Positions 35,837 through 46,454 of a stretch of DNA of 64,000 nucleotides are shown piece after piece. The stretch lies in NCBI GenBank assembly GCA_963793265.1, contig CAWBZI010000006.1, positions 704,001 through 768,000 on the forward strand, given 5' to 3'. Source of the DNA: an uncultured cyanobacterium. Lineage in GTDB: Bacteria > Cyanobacteriota > Cyanobacteriia > Phormidesmidales > Phormidesmidaceae. The position numbers were made by a program, and so were the translations under genes. The notes under the pieces were generated by a model. That model made no database searches. It was not told the DNA's origin and saw only the letters and a list, made by a program, of their open reading frames with translations. The first letter of the stretch is position 1; every line of letters starts with the position of its first letter.

Positions 35837-37342
35837 TTAGCCTGCAAACACTTCTACACGGCCTTCCTTTGGCTTCTCTCCCGTCGCCTCTTCTGGCTTT
35901 TGAAGATTTTTAGCGTCGCTCCACTGCTCTTTCGTAAATTCCTCGTGGTACGAACGCTCAACGTTTACGTTCCAAAGGTCATGCGTTTCGCCTAGTATGT
36001 TTTTAGCGGCTAGCAGTCCAGTCAACATAGAATGATCTTGATTGTTGTATCGGTGCATACCGTTACGGCCTACCGTTTGCAGATTTTCAAACTGCTGTAG
36101 ATAGTCTTGAATCACGTCTAAATGCTGACGGTACATGCCATCGTAAACAGGATAGGCTTTCTTTTGACGAATAACCGTACCATCTTCTACATATTTTGTG
36201 TCAGGCACTAGGCCCAAGCCGACAATCTCTTCAGCAGCCTGCGCAATCAGATCTTCATCTGACATTTCCCAGAGGCGATCGCCCTCACTGCAAAAGTACT
36301 CCATCCCAACACAGGTCTTGCTTAAGTCCGGCACCATTGCCGCACTCCAATTCTTAAAGTTCTGAATGCGCCCCACCTTAAACTTTGGGCTGTGAATGTA
36401 AATCCAGTTATCAGGAAAAATATCCTTCAGGTTTATTACCAGCGGCACAATCAAAAAATCCCGGTACTTAAGACCTTTAGCCGCTTCTAGCACGCGAGCA
36501 GGCGGCGCGGGATCAAGGCACCTAGCGAGCGCGGTTACCGGCATACTAGAGACAAAGTTGTCGCCTGATAACTCAAGCGTTTCACCCGATTCATTTTGTG
36601 CAATCACTCGCTGAACCCGCTTGCCATCGTGCTCAACTTTGGTCACGCGCGTTTTCATGTGCACAGGCGAACCCTTATCGGCCAAAATCTCCTGGCACCG
36701 CTCCCACATCATGCCAGGGCCATAGATTGGATAGTCAAACTCTTTAATGAGTGTTTTGGTATCATTACTACCGAATATTGCGTTAATCACAGCTTTCTTG
36801 AGAGAAAGGCCCTTAATACGCTGAGCTGCCCACTCTGCCTGAATTTTATCGCAAGGAATACCCCAAACTTTCTCGGTGTACGACTTAAAGAACGTTCGGT
36901 AAAGGCGATTACCAAATCTCTCTATCACCCAGTCCTCTAGGTTTTCTGCCTCTGCCCCAGGACTGATTTTGCCTTTAATCTGTGACTTCAAGTAGCTAGC
37001 AATAATCAGGCCGCTATCTACTACGCCCAAGTTAGAGAGCGTACTGCCGATAGAAAGCGGATAGTCAAAGAACTTTCCCTGGTAATAAATCCGCGAGAGT
37101 CTGGGCACTTGAATAAACTCATCGCCCAAGATCTCTTTCCAAATTTGCTGAACCTCACCCACCTTAGTAAAAAAGCGATGCCCGCCAATATCAAAGCGAT
37201 ATCCTTTGTATATTTCTGTCCTAGAGATGCCGCCAACCTTATCGGCCTGCTCTAAAACAACCGACTTCTGGCCCTTTTTGGCCAATTCGTAAGCCGCTGT
37301 TAGCCCTGCTGGCCCTGCACCCATCACCACAGTATTAGTCAT
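35837..37342 (-). CDS. FAD-dependent oxidoreductase (UDP-galactopyranose mutase / HemY-like superfamily)
   Basis: GAGPAG, FDIGGHRFF, YTEKVWG, AYPVY, GRNGMHRYNNQDHSM. Confidence 0.85.
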   Translation of the reverse strand: MTNTVVMGAGPAGLTAAYELAKKGQKSVVLEQADKVGGISRTEIYKGYRFDIGGHRFFTKVGEVQQIWKEILGDEFIQVPRLSRIYYQGKFFDYPLSIGSTLSNLGVVDSGLIIASYLKSQIKGKISPGAEAENLEDWVIERFGNRLYRTFFKSYTEKVWGIPCDKIQAEWAAQRIKGLSLKKAVINAIFGSNDTKTLIKEFDYPIYGPGMMWERCQEILADKGSPVHMKTRVTKVEHDGKRVQRVIAQNESGETLELSGDNFVSSMPVTALARCLDPAPPARVLEAAKGLKYRDFLIVPLVINLKDIFPDNWIYIHSPKFKVGRIQNFKNWSAAMVPDLSKTCVGMEYFCSEGDRLWEMSDEDLIAQAAEEIVGLGLVPDTKYVEDGTVIRQKKAYPVYDGMYRQHLDVIQDYLQQFENLQTVGRNGMHRYNNQDHSMLTGLLAAKNILGETHDLWNVNVERSYHEEFTKEQWSDAKNLQKPEEATGEKPKEGRVEVFAG

Positions 37343-37414
37343 AAAAATATCTCCAAATGCCCTATTAATTCAAAAGATTCATCAAAAAAGTTAAGCGCTA
37401 CTGCCGTATCAAAA

Positions 37415-38461
37415 TCAGATTCGACGCGGCCTGTTTAGCCAGCCGTACTGCTGTAGCTCGTGGCGCAACGTGCCGACAACAAAAGCCAGTCCGCTGTATA
37501 GATAGTAAAGCCAGTGCCAGGGCAGCGCGCGGGCTGCGAATAGAGCGCCACGTTTGCGATAAAAGAACTGGTATACCGGCCAATTTATAGCGAGCAGCAT
37601 CAAGCATAGTCCAACTGCAAACCACAGCGCTGGTTGAAACCACAGCGCTGCAATCATTGCAAAACAAAGTGCATAGGTAAGCGCTACACTCACGCGACTT
37701 GACCACTTTAAGTTGAGGTCGCTCGTAAAGCGCTGATATTGCTGCGGGCGATCCTGACGGATTTTTAGCAGCAGCGCCATCCAGGGAAGCGCCCTGTAAA
37801 AGACCTCCGCTCTGAGCAGTGAAAAAGGTGTCCAATGCTTCAAATGCTTGACCTGAATGCATTTACACAGCCGAATGTTGTAGCCTGACTGGCGCAATCG
37901 ATAGCCCAGCTCAATGTCTTCGATACAGGGCTTGCGGTAGCTCTCATCGAAGCCGCCCAGCTCCAAAAATACCTGCTTGTTGACAGCGCCGCAGGCACCC
38001 CAAAAGGTAGAAGCTTCTACGCTGGCATCTTGGTGGGTGTAGTGATGGAAGAGATTCTTGTACTGAGAGAGAAAGTTCGCTGCGCCGGGCGCGTCGTCGT
38101 AAGAACCGATGAGCGCAGTGATGCCAGGATGCGCTTGAAAAGCGTAAATCACTCTTGGCACTGTGGTCGGGTGAATTTCTACATCGGCATCGACAAAAAA
38201 CACGATATCGGCTGAAGCAGCCTTAGCACCGACGTTCCTAGCCCGAGCTGGCCCACCGGATTCGGGCAAAAGAATTACTTTGAATCCTTTCTCTTCCGCC
38301 AGCCGCCAGCTCCCATCAGACGTGCCGTCAGCAACTACAATGACCTCAGCAGAGGCGCGCCACCGACTCATTGCATCCAAGCATTTGCGAAAACTCTCGC
38401 CCCCGTTGTGTACTGGAATGACAATAGACACGGGAGGCGAATCAGAAATTAACTTCTCCAT
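37415..38461 (-). CDS. Glycosyltransferase family 2 with C-terminal membrane helices
   Basis: SIVIPVHNG, GPARARN, FVDAD, GGFDE, EDIELG. ATG 38461 preferred. Confidence 0.9.
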   Translation of the reverse strand: MEKLISDSPPVSIVIPVHNGGESFRKCLDAMSRWRASAEVIVVADGTSDGSWRLAEEKGFKVILLPESGGPARARNVGAKAASADIVFFVDADVEIHPTTVPRVIYAFQAHPGITALIGSYDDAPGAANFLSQYKNLFHHYTHQDASVEASTFWGACGAVNKQVFLELGGFDESYRKPCIEDIELGYRLRQSGYNIRLCKCIQVKHLKHWTPFSLLRAEVFYRALPWMALLLKIRQDRPQQYQRFTSDLNLKWSSRVSVALTYALCFAMIAALWFQPALWFAVGLCLMLLAINWPVYQFFYRKRGALFAARALPWHWLYYLYSGLAFVVGTLRHELQQYGWLNRPRRI

Positions 38462-38998
38462 AGGGATACGAGATAGGACGTGAAATGCACGCAAGGGCTA
38501 TGTGTCTCTCAAGAAAGCTGGGAGAGACGTGTGACTGTGTGTATCCAGGAAGCTGTCTTGAAGGCTGCATTCAGTTCGTTGGAACAGACAGCAGAATAGT
38601 GCCGCTTGTTAGATGATTCTATTGAGAGCTGCTGTCACAAAGAAACATGAAGACAACAGCACAACATCGCATCCCTACTATTAAAGTAAAAACATTCAGG
38701 TGTAGTTGTAGACATCTATCTGAGGGTGTGCTGAATTTGCAGCCAGCAGGAACGCTTAGGTAGTATGTGAAAGTTATCCACCGCGCTTAGTAGTTACACG
38801 TAGGGGCGTTTGGGCCCACTATAGCAGGTTAATTCGAGCAGCCATAAATTACCGAACTGTCTTCATCGTTTCTTGATTGTGCTTGTCCATATTTTCCGAT
38901 CCCCTATACTTCGGGAACTTTTTGTAGAAGCCGGACACTTTAGAGGATAAATAGGATATTTGGGACGACGCTATCGTTACATCCTCAGAGGATTCATG

Positions 38999-40579
38999 CT
39001 ACTGCTTTAGATCGCTTTTGTACTGAGAAATTTTGAACCAAGTTCCAGGGCCAACTTCTTTTTCAAATTCTTGAATTACCCAGTCGCCTGTCTTTCCACC
39101 GCCGCGCCTGGCGCTCTCATAAAGATAATCGACGATGGCAAGCTGCTCATCTAGCGTAGGGCGCGCCCCAAAGAGGGAGCCATAGCACCAGCTAGGGATA
39201 GGCGATCGCCCGCACTGATCGTAAAACGCTCTATCGGCCCAGCTAGGCGGACGATTCGCCTTAAAAGCCCGTCGCCGATGACCGTGATACAGCTCTATGA
39301 GCGTAGGCACATCCCGAATTTGCTGAGCTTGGGCATTGGAGTAGATTTCCACCATACTTTCTGTATTAATGGGGCGATCGCTGACCCATTTATGCTCACA
39401 GTCGGGGCACTTCACAATAAACGCAAGCACAATTCGACCGCAGGCTGGACAGGGCTTAGTTGGCGCAGCGCCACCACCACTGGTAGCAGCCTTTCGAGTT
39501 GGTAATGTATATTCTGTTACATCTTCAGGAAAACCAAGCCGCTCCAAATTTCCAGCCTGGTCGAGAATAATACCGTAGTCTTTACCCGTATGCGGCGAAA
39601 TTCTCATCACCCGACCAAGCTGTTGAAAGTGCATCGCGCTAGATTTTGTAGGGCGTAGCATCAGCCCGACTTCTACACTGGGCTCGTCAAAACCAATGCT
39701 GATGACGTTGCAGGAGGTGAGCACCATCAGCTCGCCTGTTTTGAGCGCGTGATAGAGCTTTTTGCGGTCTTTAATAGAGGTGTTGCCATCAACGGTATCT
39801 GCCGTGATTCCCGCCTTGCGAAATTCTTCAGCCACGTGATTAGCGTGTTCTATATCTACGCAAAAGGCAATCGTGCGTTTGTTGTGGCCAATGCGAAACC
39901 ATTCTTCAACAATTTTTTCGACGAGTTCTGTGCGATCGCAAGCATTCTTCAAATCTCTCTCATCATAATCGCCTCGCGCCGTCTTCACCTCCTCCAGATT
40001 CGCCATGCTATCTCTTGGCATACTGTAATACTTCATTTGCGAGAGATAGCCCATATCTTGCAGCACGTTCGGCACAGGCGAAGCCACCAATGTGTCTAAA
40101 TAATCTCCTAGCTGCTCTTTTCCTAATCTCAGCGGCGTTGCTGTCATTACCAAATGAACCGCATCTTTGTGGGTGCGCATCATCACCTTTTTACCCACCT
40201 GGCTGAACAGCGTAATGTGGCCCTCATCATAAAACACCACATCGGCAGGCCATGTTTGCCACCAGCGTCGCTTCGCCATCGTTTGAATGCTGGCAATCTG
40301 AATCGGCGCGTCGCGATTTTCTTCCCAGCCCGCTTTTATAAAGCCGCACTGCAAGCCAAACGCCTTCATCTTTTCGTAGGTTTGGCCCACCAGCACATCT
40401 AGATGCACCAAAAACATCAGCCGCTTACCGGCTTCTTCTGCGTGGGCGCAAATTTGGCCGCTAATAATAGTTTTACCCGCACCTGTACCCGCGATAATAG
40501 CCACCCTTTTATGGCCTTCGTTTAGTTCGTGGTACAGGTCGTTCACAAGCTGAACTTGGTAGGGCCGTAGGGTAGGCAT
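38999..40579 (-). CDS. SF2 DEAD/DEAH helicase with C4 zinc finger (RadD-like)
   Basis: LRPYQ, GTGAGKT, DEGH, TATP, GFDEP, QQLGRVMR, CPAC...CPDC. Confidence 0.88.
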   Translation of the reverse strand: MPTLRPYQVQLVNDLYHELNEGHKRVAIIAGTGAGKTIISGQICAHAEEAGKRLMFLVHLDVLVGQTYEKMKAFGLQCGFIKAGWEENRDAPIQIASIQTMAKRRWWQTWPADVVFYDEGHITLFSQVGKKVMMRTHKDAVHLVMTATPLRLGKEQLGDYLDTLVASPVPNVLQDMGYLSQMKYYSMPRDSMANLEEVKTARGDYDERDLKNACDRTELVEKIVEEWFRIGHNKRTIAFCVDIEHANHVAEEFRKAGITADTVDGNTSIKDRKKLYHALKTGELMVLTSCNVISIGFDEPSVEVGLMLRPTKSSAMHFQQLGRVMRISPHTGKDYGIILDQAGNLERLGFPEDVTEYTLPTRKAATSGGGAAPTKPCPACGRIVLAFIVKCPDCEHKWVSDRPINTESMVEIYSNAQAQQIRDVPTLIELYHGHRRRAFKANRPPSWADRAFYDQCGRSPIPSWCYGSLFGARPTLDEQLAIVDYLYESARRGGGKTGDWVIQEFEKEVGPGTWFKISQYKSDLKQ

Positions 40580-40802
40580 AGCAGTAGTGAGTTTGAACTA
40601 GGCTCATATAAAACTAGGTTTCTATAATACGCCGCGCTTGCAAAACTGCTTAGCTGAATAGCAATAGGCAAAGCAAGCGCCAGCTAAATTGCAGACACAT
40701 TACATTGTTGTAATTTATCCCTATGTCCATTGGCAGAGAGTTATGTTGCATATCGATTGTTATGGTGTGAGTACATTATTCTTTAAGGAGAACACAACAA
40801 AT

Positions 40803-41606
40803 ATGGTTAATTTATTCACAACCCTTCGTCGCCATCGCACCATCGCTACTAGCCTTGTGCTAGCAGCTTCTATGAGCGTCATAGCAGCGTGTGGGCCAGC
40901 AGAAACTGAGACAGAACAAGAAGCTGCAGATAATGTATCAGTAGAGGAAGTCGCCAGCGGCACTGAAGGCTTAGTTGGTGAAACTGTCTCCATTCGGGGA
41001 GAAGTGGAAGAGACAGTTGATGATACTTCTTTTTTGCTCGAAGACGATAAGCTCTTTGGTGGCGAAGATGTGTTAGTCATCAACGCTTCTGGCGAGCCCT
41101 TTGTACTGATTGACGGCGATGATACTGAAGTGCAGGTGACAGGCGAAGTTCAGCAGCTTGTCATTGCTGACTTTGAAACGGAGTACAGCCTTACGCTCGA
41201 TCCTACGCTGTATGCAGATTATGAAGACCGCCCGGTCGTAGTGGCTCAGTCTATTGCGCTTTCTCCTGATCCAGGTGACATTACCAGCGATCCTGAGAAG
41301 TACTACAACAAGCGAATTGCGATACAAGGAGAGGTCGAAGATAAGCTTTCGCCAACAACTTTCACATTAGACGAAGAGCAGCTTTTTGCAGGTGAAGACT
41401 TGCTTGTGCTGACTCAAGGCGCTACGCCTGATACTCAAGATGGTGAGTCGGTCACAGTAACAGGCATTCTACGGCCTTATGTAAAAGCAGAGTTCGATAC
41501 TGATTACGATTTGGATTGGGATCTTTCAGTTGAAGAGCAGGTAGAAGCAGAATACAGTGAAAAGCCTGTGTTTGTGGCTGATGGCGTTTATCCTTCTGCG
41601 ATGTAG
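40803..41606 (+). CDS. Acidic lipoprotein with two internal repeats
   Basis: AAGGAG RBS, ATG 40803, lipobox IAAC, two copies of G-E-V...F-x-L...LF-x-GED-x-LV...V-x-VTG. Confidence 0.8.
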   Translation: MVNLFTTLRRHRTIATSLVLAASMSVIAACGPAETETEQEAADNVSVEEVASGTEGLVGETVSIRGEVEETVDDTSFLLEDDKLFGGEDVLVINASGEPFVLIDGDDTEVQVTGEVQQLVIADFETEYSLTLDPTLYADYEDRPVVVAQSIALSPDPGDITSDPEKYYNKRIAIQGEVEDKLSPTTFTLDEEQLFAGEDLLVLTQGATPDTQDGESVTVTGILRPYVKAEFDTDYDLDWDLSVEEQVEAEYSEKPVFVADGVYPSAM

Positions 41607-41649
41607 GATTCTCTCTTTCTCATTTCCTGATTGAATCTTGATTAGAGCC

Positions 41650-41687
41650 AAGGCATCCCTACGAGTAATTGGTAGGGATGCCTTTTT
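41650..41687 (+). terminator. Intrinsic terminator
   Basis: AAGGCATCCCTAC / GTAGGGATGCCTT stem followed by T run. Confidence 0.8.
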
Positions 41688-41845
41688 GTTTACATGTTAG
41701 TGACTGCTATCCACCATGGTAAGTACGACCCAAGCTGTATTGTGCAGCGATGCGCACTTTATTCGGCCAAAAGGGTGATGAAGTATAAATCATGACGGCG
41801 ATAGGGTACGTAAGCTCGTTGTTTATACAAAGTAGGTGTGTAGTT

Positions 41846-42487
41846 ATGACCTTTGAAACTGTTTTAAGAAAGATAAGCGTGGCAAGTTTTGTTTGTGGTG
41901 GCTTGCTATTAGGAAGTGTTTCTTTTGTGCAAAGTGTTGGTGCGCAAGTAGACGATCAGCCTGACTCGATTGAAGAGATAGAGACTGCACCGGATAATGA
42001 TTTAGGTATTAGCGATAGCGATCGCACTATCCGACTCAGAGAGCTACAGTCCACTATCCTTGACAGAAATACTAGCCCAGGTGCGCTATCTCAGCCTGAA
42101 GATTCATCAACGCCAGAGCAGATGACACCAACAAATTCCTCTAGTGAGGCTTTACCGGATGATCTAGGTGAGGCGATCGCAGTGGCGCTGCCAGTAGACG
42201 ATCAGCTATCTGTTGAGTTGATGAATGATACAGGCGCGCTGATGACCTATGAAGTGATAGGAGATACCACTCGTAGAGAACTAATGGCAGGAGAATCTGC
42301 CATGCTGCAAGGTATTTCTCTGCCAACGACTATCACGTTGGTTCGTCAGGATGAAGGGCTCATAGAAGTGATGACTGATGTATCAGAAGCAGGCGTGCTG
42401 AAGGTGATGGTGACACCGGATGCGACGCTGGACGATACGCAGGGCGTTATGAGAATTCAGGAAGACGGTCAAGTGTTCGTTTACTAA
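41846..42487 (+). CDS. Exported acidic hypothetical protein
   Basis: Signal peptide ending VGA-Q, disordered linker, beta-rich C-terminal domain. ATG 41846 preferred. Confidence 0.7.
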   Translation: MTFETVLRKISVASFVCGGLLLGSVSFVQSVGAQVDDQPDSIEEIETAPDNDLGISDSDRTIRLRELQSTILDRNTSPGALSQPEDSSTPEQMTPTNSSSEALPDDLGEAIAVALPVDDQLSVELMNDTGALMTYEVIGDTTRRELMAGESAMLQGISLPTTITLVRQDEGLIEVMTDVSEAGVLKVMVTPDATLDDTQGVMRIQEDGQVFVY

Positions 42488-42538
42488 GGATCGAACAGAA
42501 GACTCACGTAAGGGCGCGTAGCTATGCGCCCTTTCTGC

Positions 42539-43435
42539 TTATCCCTCAAGCGTAAACATCGTCAGCTCGGGCCGACAGAATATTCGTATCGGCGCAATAC
42601 TCATCCCGATACCCACGTTGACATACAGGTTGTTACCTGGCTCGCCATAGCCTTGCGCCCAGCCGTCAGCATACACCTTATCTTCTTGCGTAAATCTGAG
42701 CCACGACCACTGCGGAGAATTAGGTAGGCGCGCCTGTCCGCCGTGAGTGTGGCCTGCTACGGCTAAAGGCGCAGTGCTAGCCGGAAACAGCTCGTAGCTA
42801 TCAGGATTGTGCATCATAGCAACTCTCGGCGCGCCCTCAGGAATGCCTTGTAGGGCCGCACTGGCGTCGTCGTTGTCAGCCCAAAGCGATCCTACTGCGG
42901 CTAAATACAAAGGCTCGTTGCTATCAGGAATCTCCATTTGCGTCGATTCATTGGCGAGCACAGTTACCCCGGCAGTCTCTAGCGCAGTCTCTAGCGCTGA
43001 GGCAAGTTCTTGATCGGGAGCGGCTGTCTTGCTGCTCATGCCATAGTCGTGATTGCCCAGCACCGCGTAAGTCGGAATGCCAGCGTCTATCAGCGGTTCA
43101 ACAATGCTGACTGCTCGGTCTATTTCATCTTGCGGATCGGGCTTGGCATGATAAATAAAGTCTCCGCTGATGAGCACAGCCGCCGGGGCCTGGTCTATGG
43201 CTTCTTCAACAGCTCTGCGGGCGGTGCCGCTATTGTCTAGCCATAGGCCCACCTGGAAGTCTGAAAGCTGCGCGATCTTTTTGCCTTCCCACTCAGGCGG
43301 CAGATTGGGTATTTCAGCCGTCTCTTCTCGAACGTCAAGCAGACGCGGCTCTATAAAGCCCCAAACAGCGAGCAAAGCAACAATACCCGCAATGCCTGTC
43401 AGCGTGTAAGTTATTCCTTTTGTAATGCCTTTCAT
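42539..43435 (-). CDS. Calcineurin-like metallophosphoesterase (YkuE-like)
   Basis: LSDFQ, SGDF, GNHD, HNPD, AGHTHGGQ; N-terminal membrane anchor. Confidence 0.9.
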   Translation of the reverse strand: MKGITKGITYTLTGIAGIVALLAVWGFIEPRLLDVREETAEIPNLPPEWEGKKIAQLSDFQVGLWLDNSGTARRAVEEAIDQAPAAVLISGDFIYHAKPDPQDEIDRAVSIVEPLIDAGIPTYAVLGNHDYGMSSKTAAPDQELASALETALETAGVTVLANESTQMEIPDSNEPLYLAAVGSLWADNDDASAALQGIPEGAPRVAMMHNPDSYELFPASTAPLAVAGHTHGGQARLPNSPQWSWLRFTQEDKVYADGWAQGYGEPGNNLYVNVGIGMSIAPIRIFCRPELTMFTLEG

Positions 43436-43501
43436 GTCTATCAGTAGATAATTCTACGGCGTGTAAAGCTATACCGTAGAACGATTTGTTATTTAATTGC
43501 T

Positions 43502-46267
43502 CTACCTATTAGTAGAAGAATGTTCATCAATGGTAGAAGCGCGTTCATTCAACAAATCAACAATTGTTGTAATTAAAAAGTCTGGATCGACAGGTTTAGC
43601 GATGTGTCGCTGATATCCGGCTGCGAGCGATCGCGCTCTGTCCCCTTCACCTGCATAGGCTGTCAGCGCGATCGCCAGCACGTTACCACCTTGCTCAGGC
43701 GATCGCCGCCGAATCTCTTCTATCAGCACATAGCCATCCATTCCCGGCATCCCCACATCGCTAATCACCAGATCAGGAACACTCGCCGCTATCAGCTCAA
43801 GCGCCTCAGCGCCCGAAGCAGCCACGACAATGTTTGCATTGGTTTCTTCTAACGTAAAAGCAGTCACCAAACGAGAGTCTGGATCGTCTTCTACTAACAA
43901 TATATCTACGTTACTAAGATTATTTGTAAAGCTAACAAGACCATTTTCTGGCACAGATGATTTCATATCCTCAGCCAGCGGAAAGCTAACTGTAAATGTC
44001 GTGCCAAACCCTTCCCCAGCGCTATCGACACTCACGCTACCGTTGTGCAGTTCTACCACCTGCCTCACAATGGCTAAGCCCAAGCCTAGCCCGCCAAACT
44101 GCCGCGTTGTTGAATAGTCTTCCTGGCGAAAATGCTCAAACACGTAGGGTAAAAACTCAGCGCTGATGCCTTTACCCGTGTCAGCAATGGTGATTTGAGC
44201 GCGATCGCCCACAGGTGCGAGCGAAACGCTAACTGAACCGTTCTCGGGCGTGAACTTCACCGCATTAGAAAGGATATTCCAAATCACCTGCTGCAATCTT
44301 CCAGCATCACCAGTGACACTGCAAGCAGCCATATCAGTGTTAATTTCAACAGACTTTAACTCAGCTGACTGACGGACTGTCTCTATTGCAGCCGGAATCA
44401 CCGCACTTAAATCTACTCTATTTTCTTCAAGTGTCAGCTTGCCGCGCAAAATACGAGAGATATCTAACAAATCTCCAATAAGCTGTACCTGAAGCTGAGC
44501 ATTGCGCTCGATAGACTCTAGTGCCTGCTCTGTTTTTTCAGCGCTGAGCTTACCGCGTCGCAGAAGCTGAGTCCAGCCGACAATCGGGTTCATAGGCGAT
44601 CGCAGCTCATGAGAAACCACGGCCAAAAACTCATCTTTAATCCGATTCGCTCGCTCTGCCGATTCTCTTGCCGTTTGTTCTCTAAGCAAAAGCTGTTCGC
44701 GCTCAGCAGCTACGTTTTTACTCTCTGTAATATCGCGGGCCACCGCATAAAACTGATTTTGAGCTGACATGTTCGTGACGTTCCAGGCTAGCCAGCGGTA
44801 AGTACCGCCTTTGCAGCGATAGCGATTCTCGAAGTTAACGACATCGTTACCGGATGAAAGCCTATCGGCCTCAGCAATCGTTATAGCGCGATCGTCAGGA
44901 TGAATAAATTCCAGGTAGGACTGCGCTGTCATCTCTGCAGGAGTGTAGCCCAAAATCTTTTCCCAGGTCGGGTTTACATAGGTAAAGTGACCGTTGGGAT
45001 TGCCAATTGCAAACATATCAGGCGAGAGGCTAAAGAAGCGATCGCGCGCCTCCATTACCTGCTTAGTCTCAGTAAGATCGAGCACAATAGCAATAATCTC
45101 TTGCCTTTGATCGTATGGCTGCTGTAGCATCGCCGCTGTGATTAATACCGAAACAGATCGACCGTCTTTGTACTGAAATACTTTCTCGTAGGGCTTGCAT
45201 ACGCCGTGCTCGTACAAAGCCGTCAAAGCTCGCTGATCGAGCGTGGCAAACTTTGGCAGCGTGAGCTGATCCCATCGAATCTGCCCGGACTCAAGTTCAG
45301 CGGGCGTGTAGCCCAATAGATTTAGAAAATAGTCGTTACCATAGTGAATGCCACCAAAGCTATCGCCAAAAATAACGCCAAACATATTCGACTCAACCAC
45401 CCGTCGAAACCGTCTTTCGCTTTCCTTAACGCGCGTTTCAGCTTGCTTACGAGCGGTAATATCGGTAGAGATACCCACCATTTTCTCAGGCTCACCTGCA
45501 AAATCGCACACCACCTGAGCGCGCACCACTACCCAGTGCGTACTGCCATCGTCCCAAACGGTTCGATATTCTGCGTCATAGTTAGTGCGGCCAGCGATTG
45601 CGGTTTCTACAGCCGCCATCACCCAGTCAAGATCGTCAGGGTGAATGCGCGCTTTTAGCGTGTCATACGAAAAGTCAGCATCCTCATCCAACCCATAGTT
45701 AATCTTGCACTGACCAGAGGCCAGCAGTTGCCGGGTCGCTATATCTAACTGCCAGGTGCCGATTTTGCCCATTTTAAGCGCTAGCGTGAGCTGCTTTTGC
45801 TCAGCTTCGGGCTCTACAAAGCAGGTGCACATAACGCCGCCAATATCGCCCTCGTCAGCGTGTACGGGGCGGTAGGCGGTACTCACGGCTACCGGGTCAC
45901 CGCAGCATCCAGACAGATCTATCAGCTCAGATTGGACAGCAGCACTTTCGGCCAGCGCACGTTCTGCGTCTGAGGAAATTTGTGACCACAGCGACGGCAA
46001 GGCCGTTTGCACCGGCTCACCTAGAGAAGTTGTTGTAGGTTCGATGCAAAAGAGCCTACGAAAGCCATCGTTATAAAGAACAACGCGCTGCTGGCCCCAC
46101 AGCACAAAGGTGGGCAAAGGCGACGATAGCATAATGCTCACCGTCGTTTTTAGGCTGATAGGCCAATCTGTCGCCGCACCTAGCAGCGTTTGGTACCAGG
46201 GATGAGCCTGCATCACCGCGCTCATTTCGCTGCTGCCAACAAAGACAGTCTTATACAGAGTTTTCAC
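43502..46267 (-). CDS. Hybrid histidine kinase (multi-PAS, HisKA, HATPase, REC)
   Basis: SHELRSPM, NILSNAVKFT, DTGKGI, GGLGLGL, receiver LLVEDD...SDVGMP...KP. Confidence 0.93.
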   Translation of the reverse strand: MKTLYKTVFVGSSEMSAVMQAHPWYQTLLGAATDWPISLKTTVSIMLSSPLPTFVLWGQQRVVLYNDGFRRLFCIEPTTTSLGEPVQTALPSLWSQISSDAERALAESAAVQSELIDLSGCCGDPVAVSTAYRPVHADEGDIGGVMCTCFVEPEAEQKQLTLALKMGKIGTWQLDIATRQLLASGQCKINYGLDEDADFSYDTLKARIHPDDLDWVMAAVETAIAGRTNYDAEYRTVWDDGSTHWVVVRAQVVCDFAGEPEKMVGISTDITARKQAETRVKESERRFRRVVESNMFGVIFGDSFGGIHYGNDYFLNLLGYTPAELESGQIRWDQLTLPKFATLDQRALTALYEHGVCKPYEKVFQYKDGRSVSVLITAAMLQQPYDQRQEIIAIVLDLTETKQVMEARDRFFSLSPDMFAIGNPNGHFTYVNPTWEKILGYTPAEMTAQSYLEFIHPDDRAITIAEADRLSSGNDVVNFENRYRCKGGTYRWLAWNVTNMSAQNQFYAVARDITESKNVAAEREQLLLREQTARESAERANRIKDEFLAVVSHELRSPMNPIVGWTQLLRRGKLSAEKTEQALESIERNAQLQVQLIGDLLDISRILRGKLTLEENRVDLSAVIPAAIETVRQSAELKSVEINTDMAACSVTGDAGRLQQVIWNILSNAVKFTPENGSVSVSLAPVGDRAQITIADTGKGISAEFLPYVFEHFRQEDYSTTRQFGGLGLGLAIVRQVVELHNGSVSVDSAGEGFGTTFTVSFPLAEDMKSSVPENGLVSFTNNLSNVDILLVEDDPDSRLVTAFTLEETNANIVVAASGAEALELIAASVPDLVISDVGMPGMDGYVLIEEIRRRSPEQGGNVLAIALTAYAGEGDRARSLAAGYQRHIAKPVDPDFLITTIVDLLNERASTIDEHSSTNR

Positions 46268-46454
46268 AGGTTTACTTGTAACGGTAGGCTGTAGTTCTTA
46301 TTTTTTGATTTCTATATTGTTAGCTTTCGCTTTTATGGTTTTTATTTTATAGATGAAGCATTTAGTTATGTAAAAAAATATACACCAATATGAGCGATCA
46401 CTTACCCCTCTGCCTAATCCTACTAAACTAAGCAGTTTCAAAGCGTCAAGCAAA

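Noticed and set aside
38774..38782. TTATCCACC as a DnaA box, with an overlapping CRP-like TGTGA-N6-TCCAC
   Set aside because: Single imperfect match with no box cluster or origin context.
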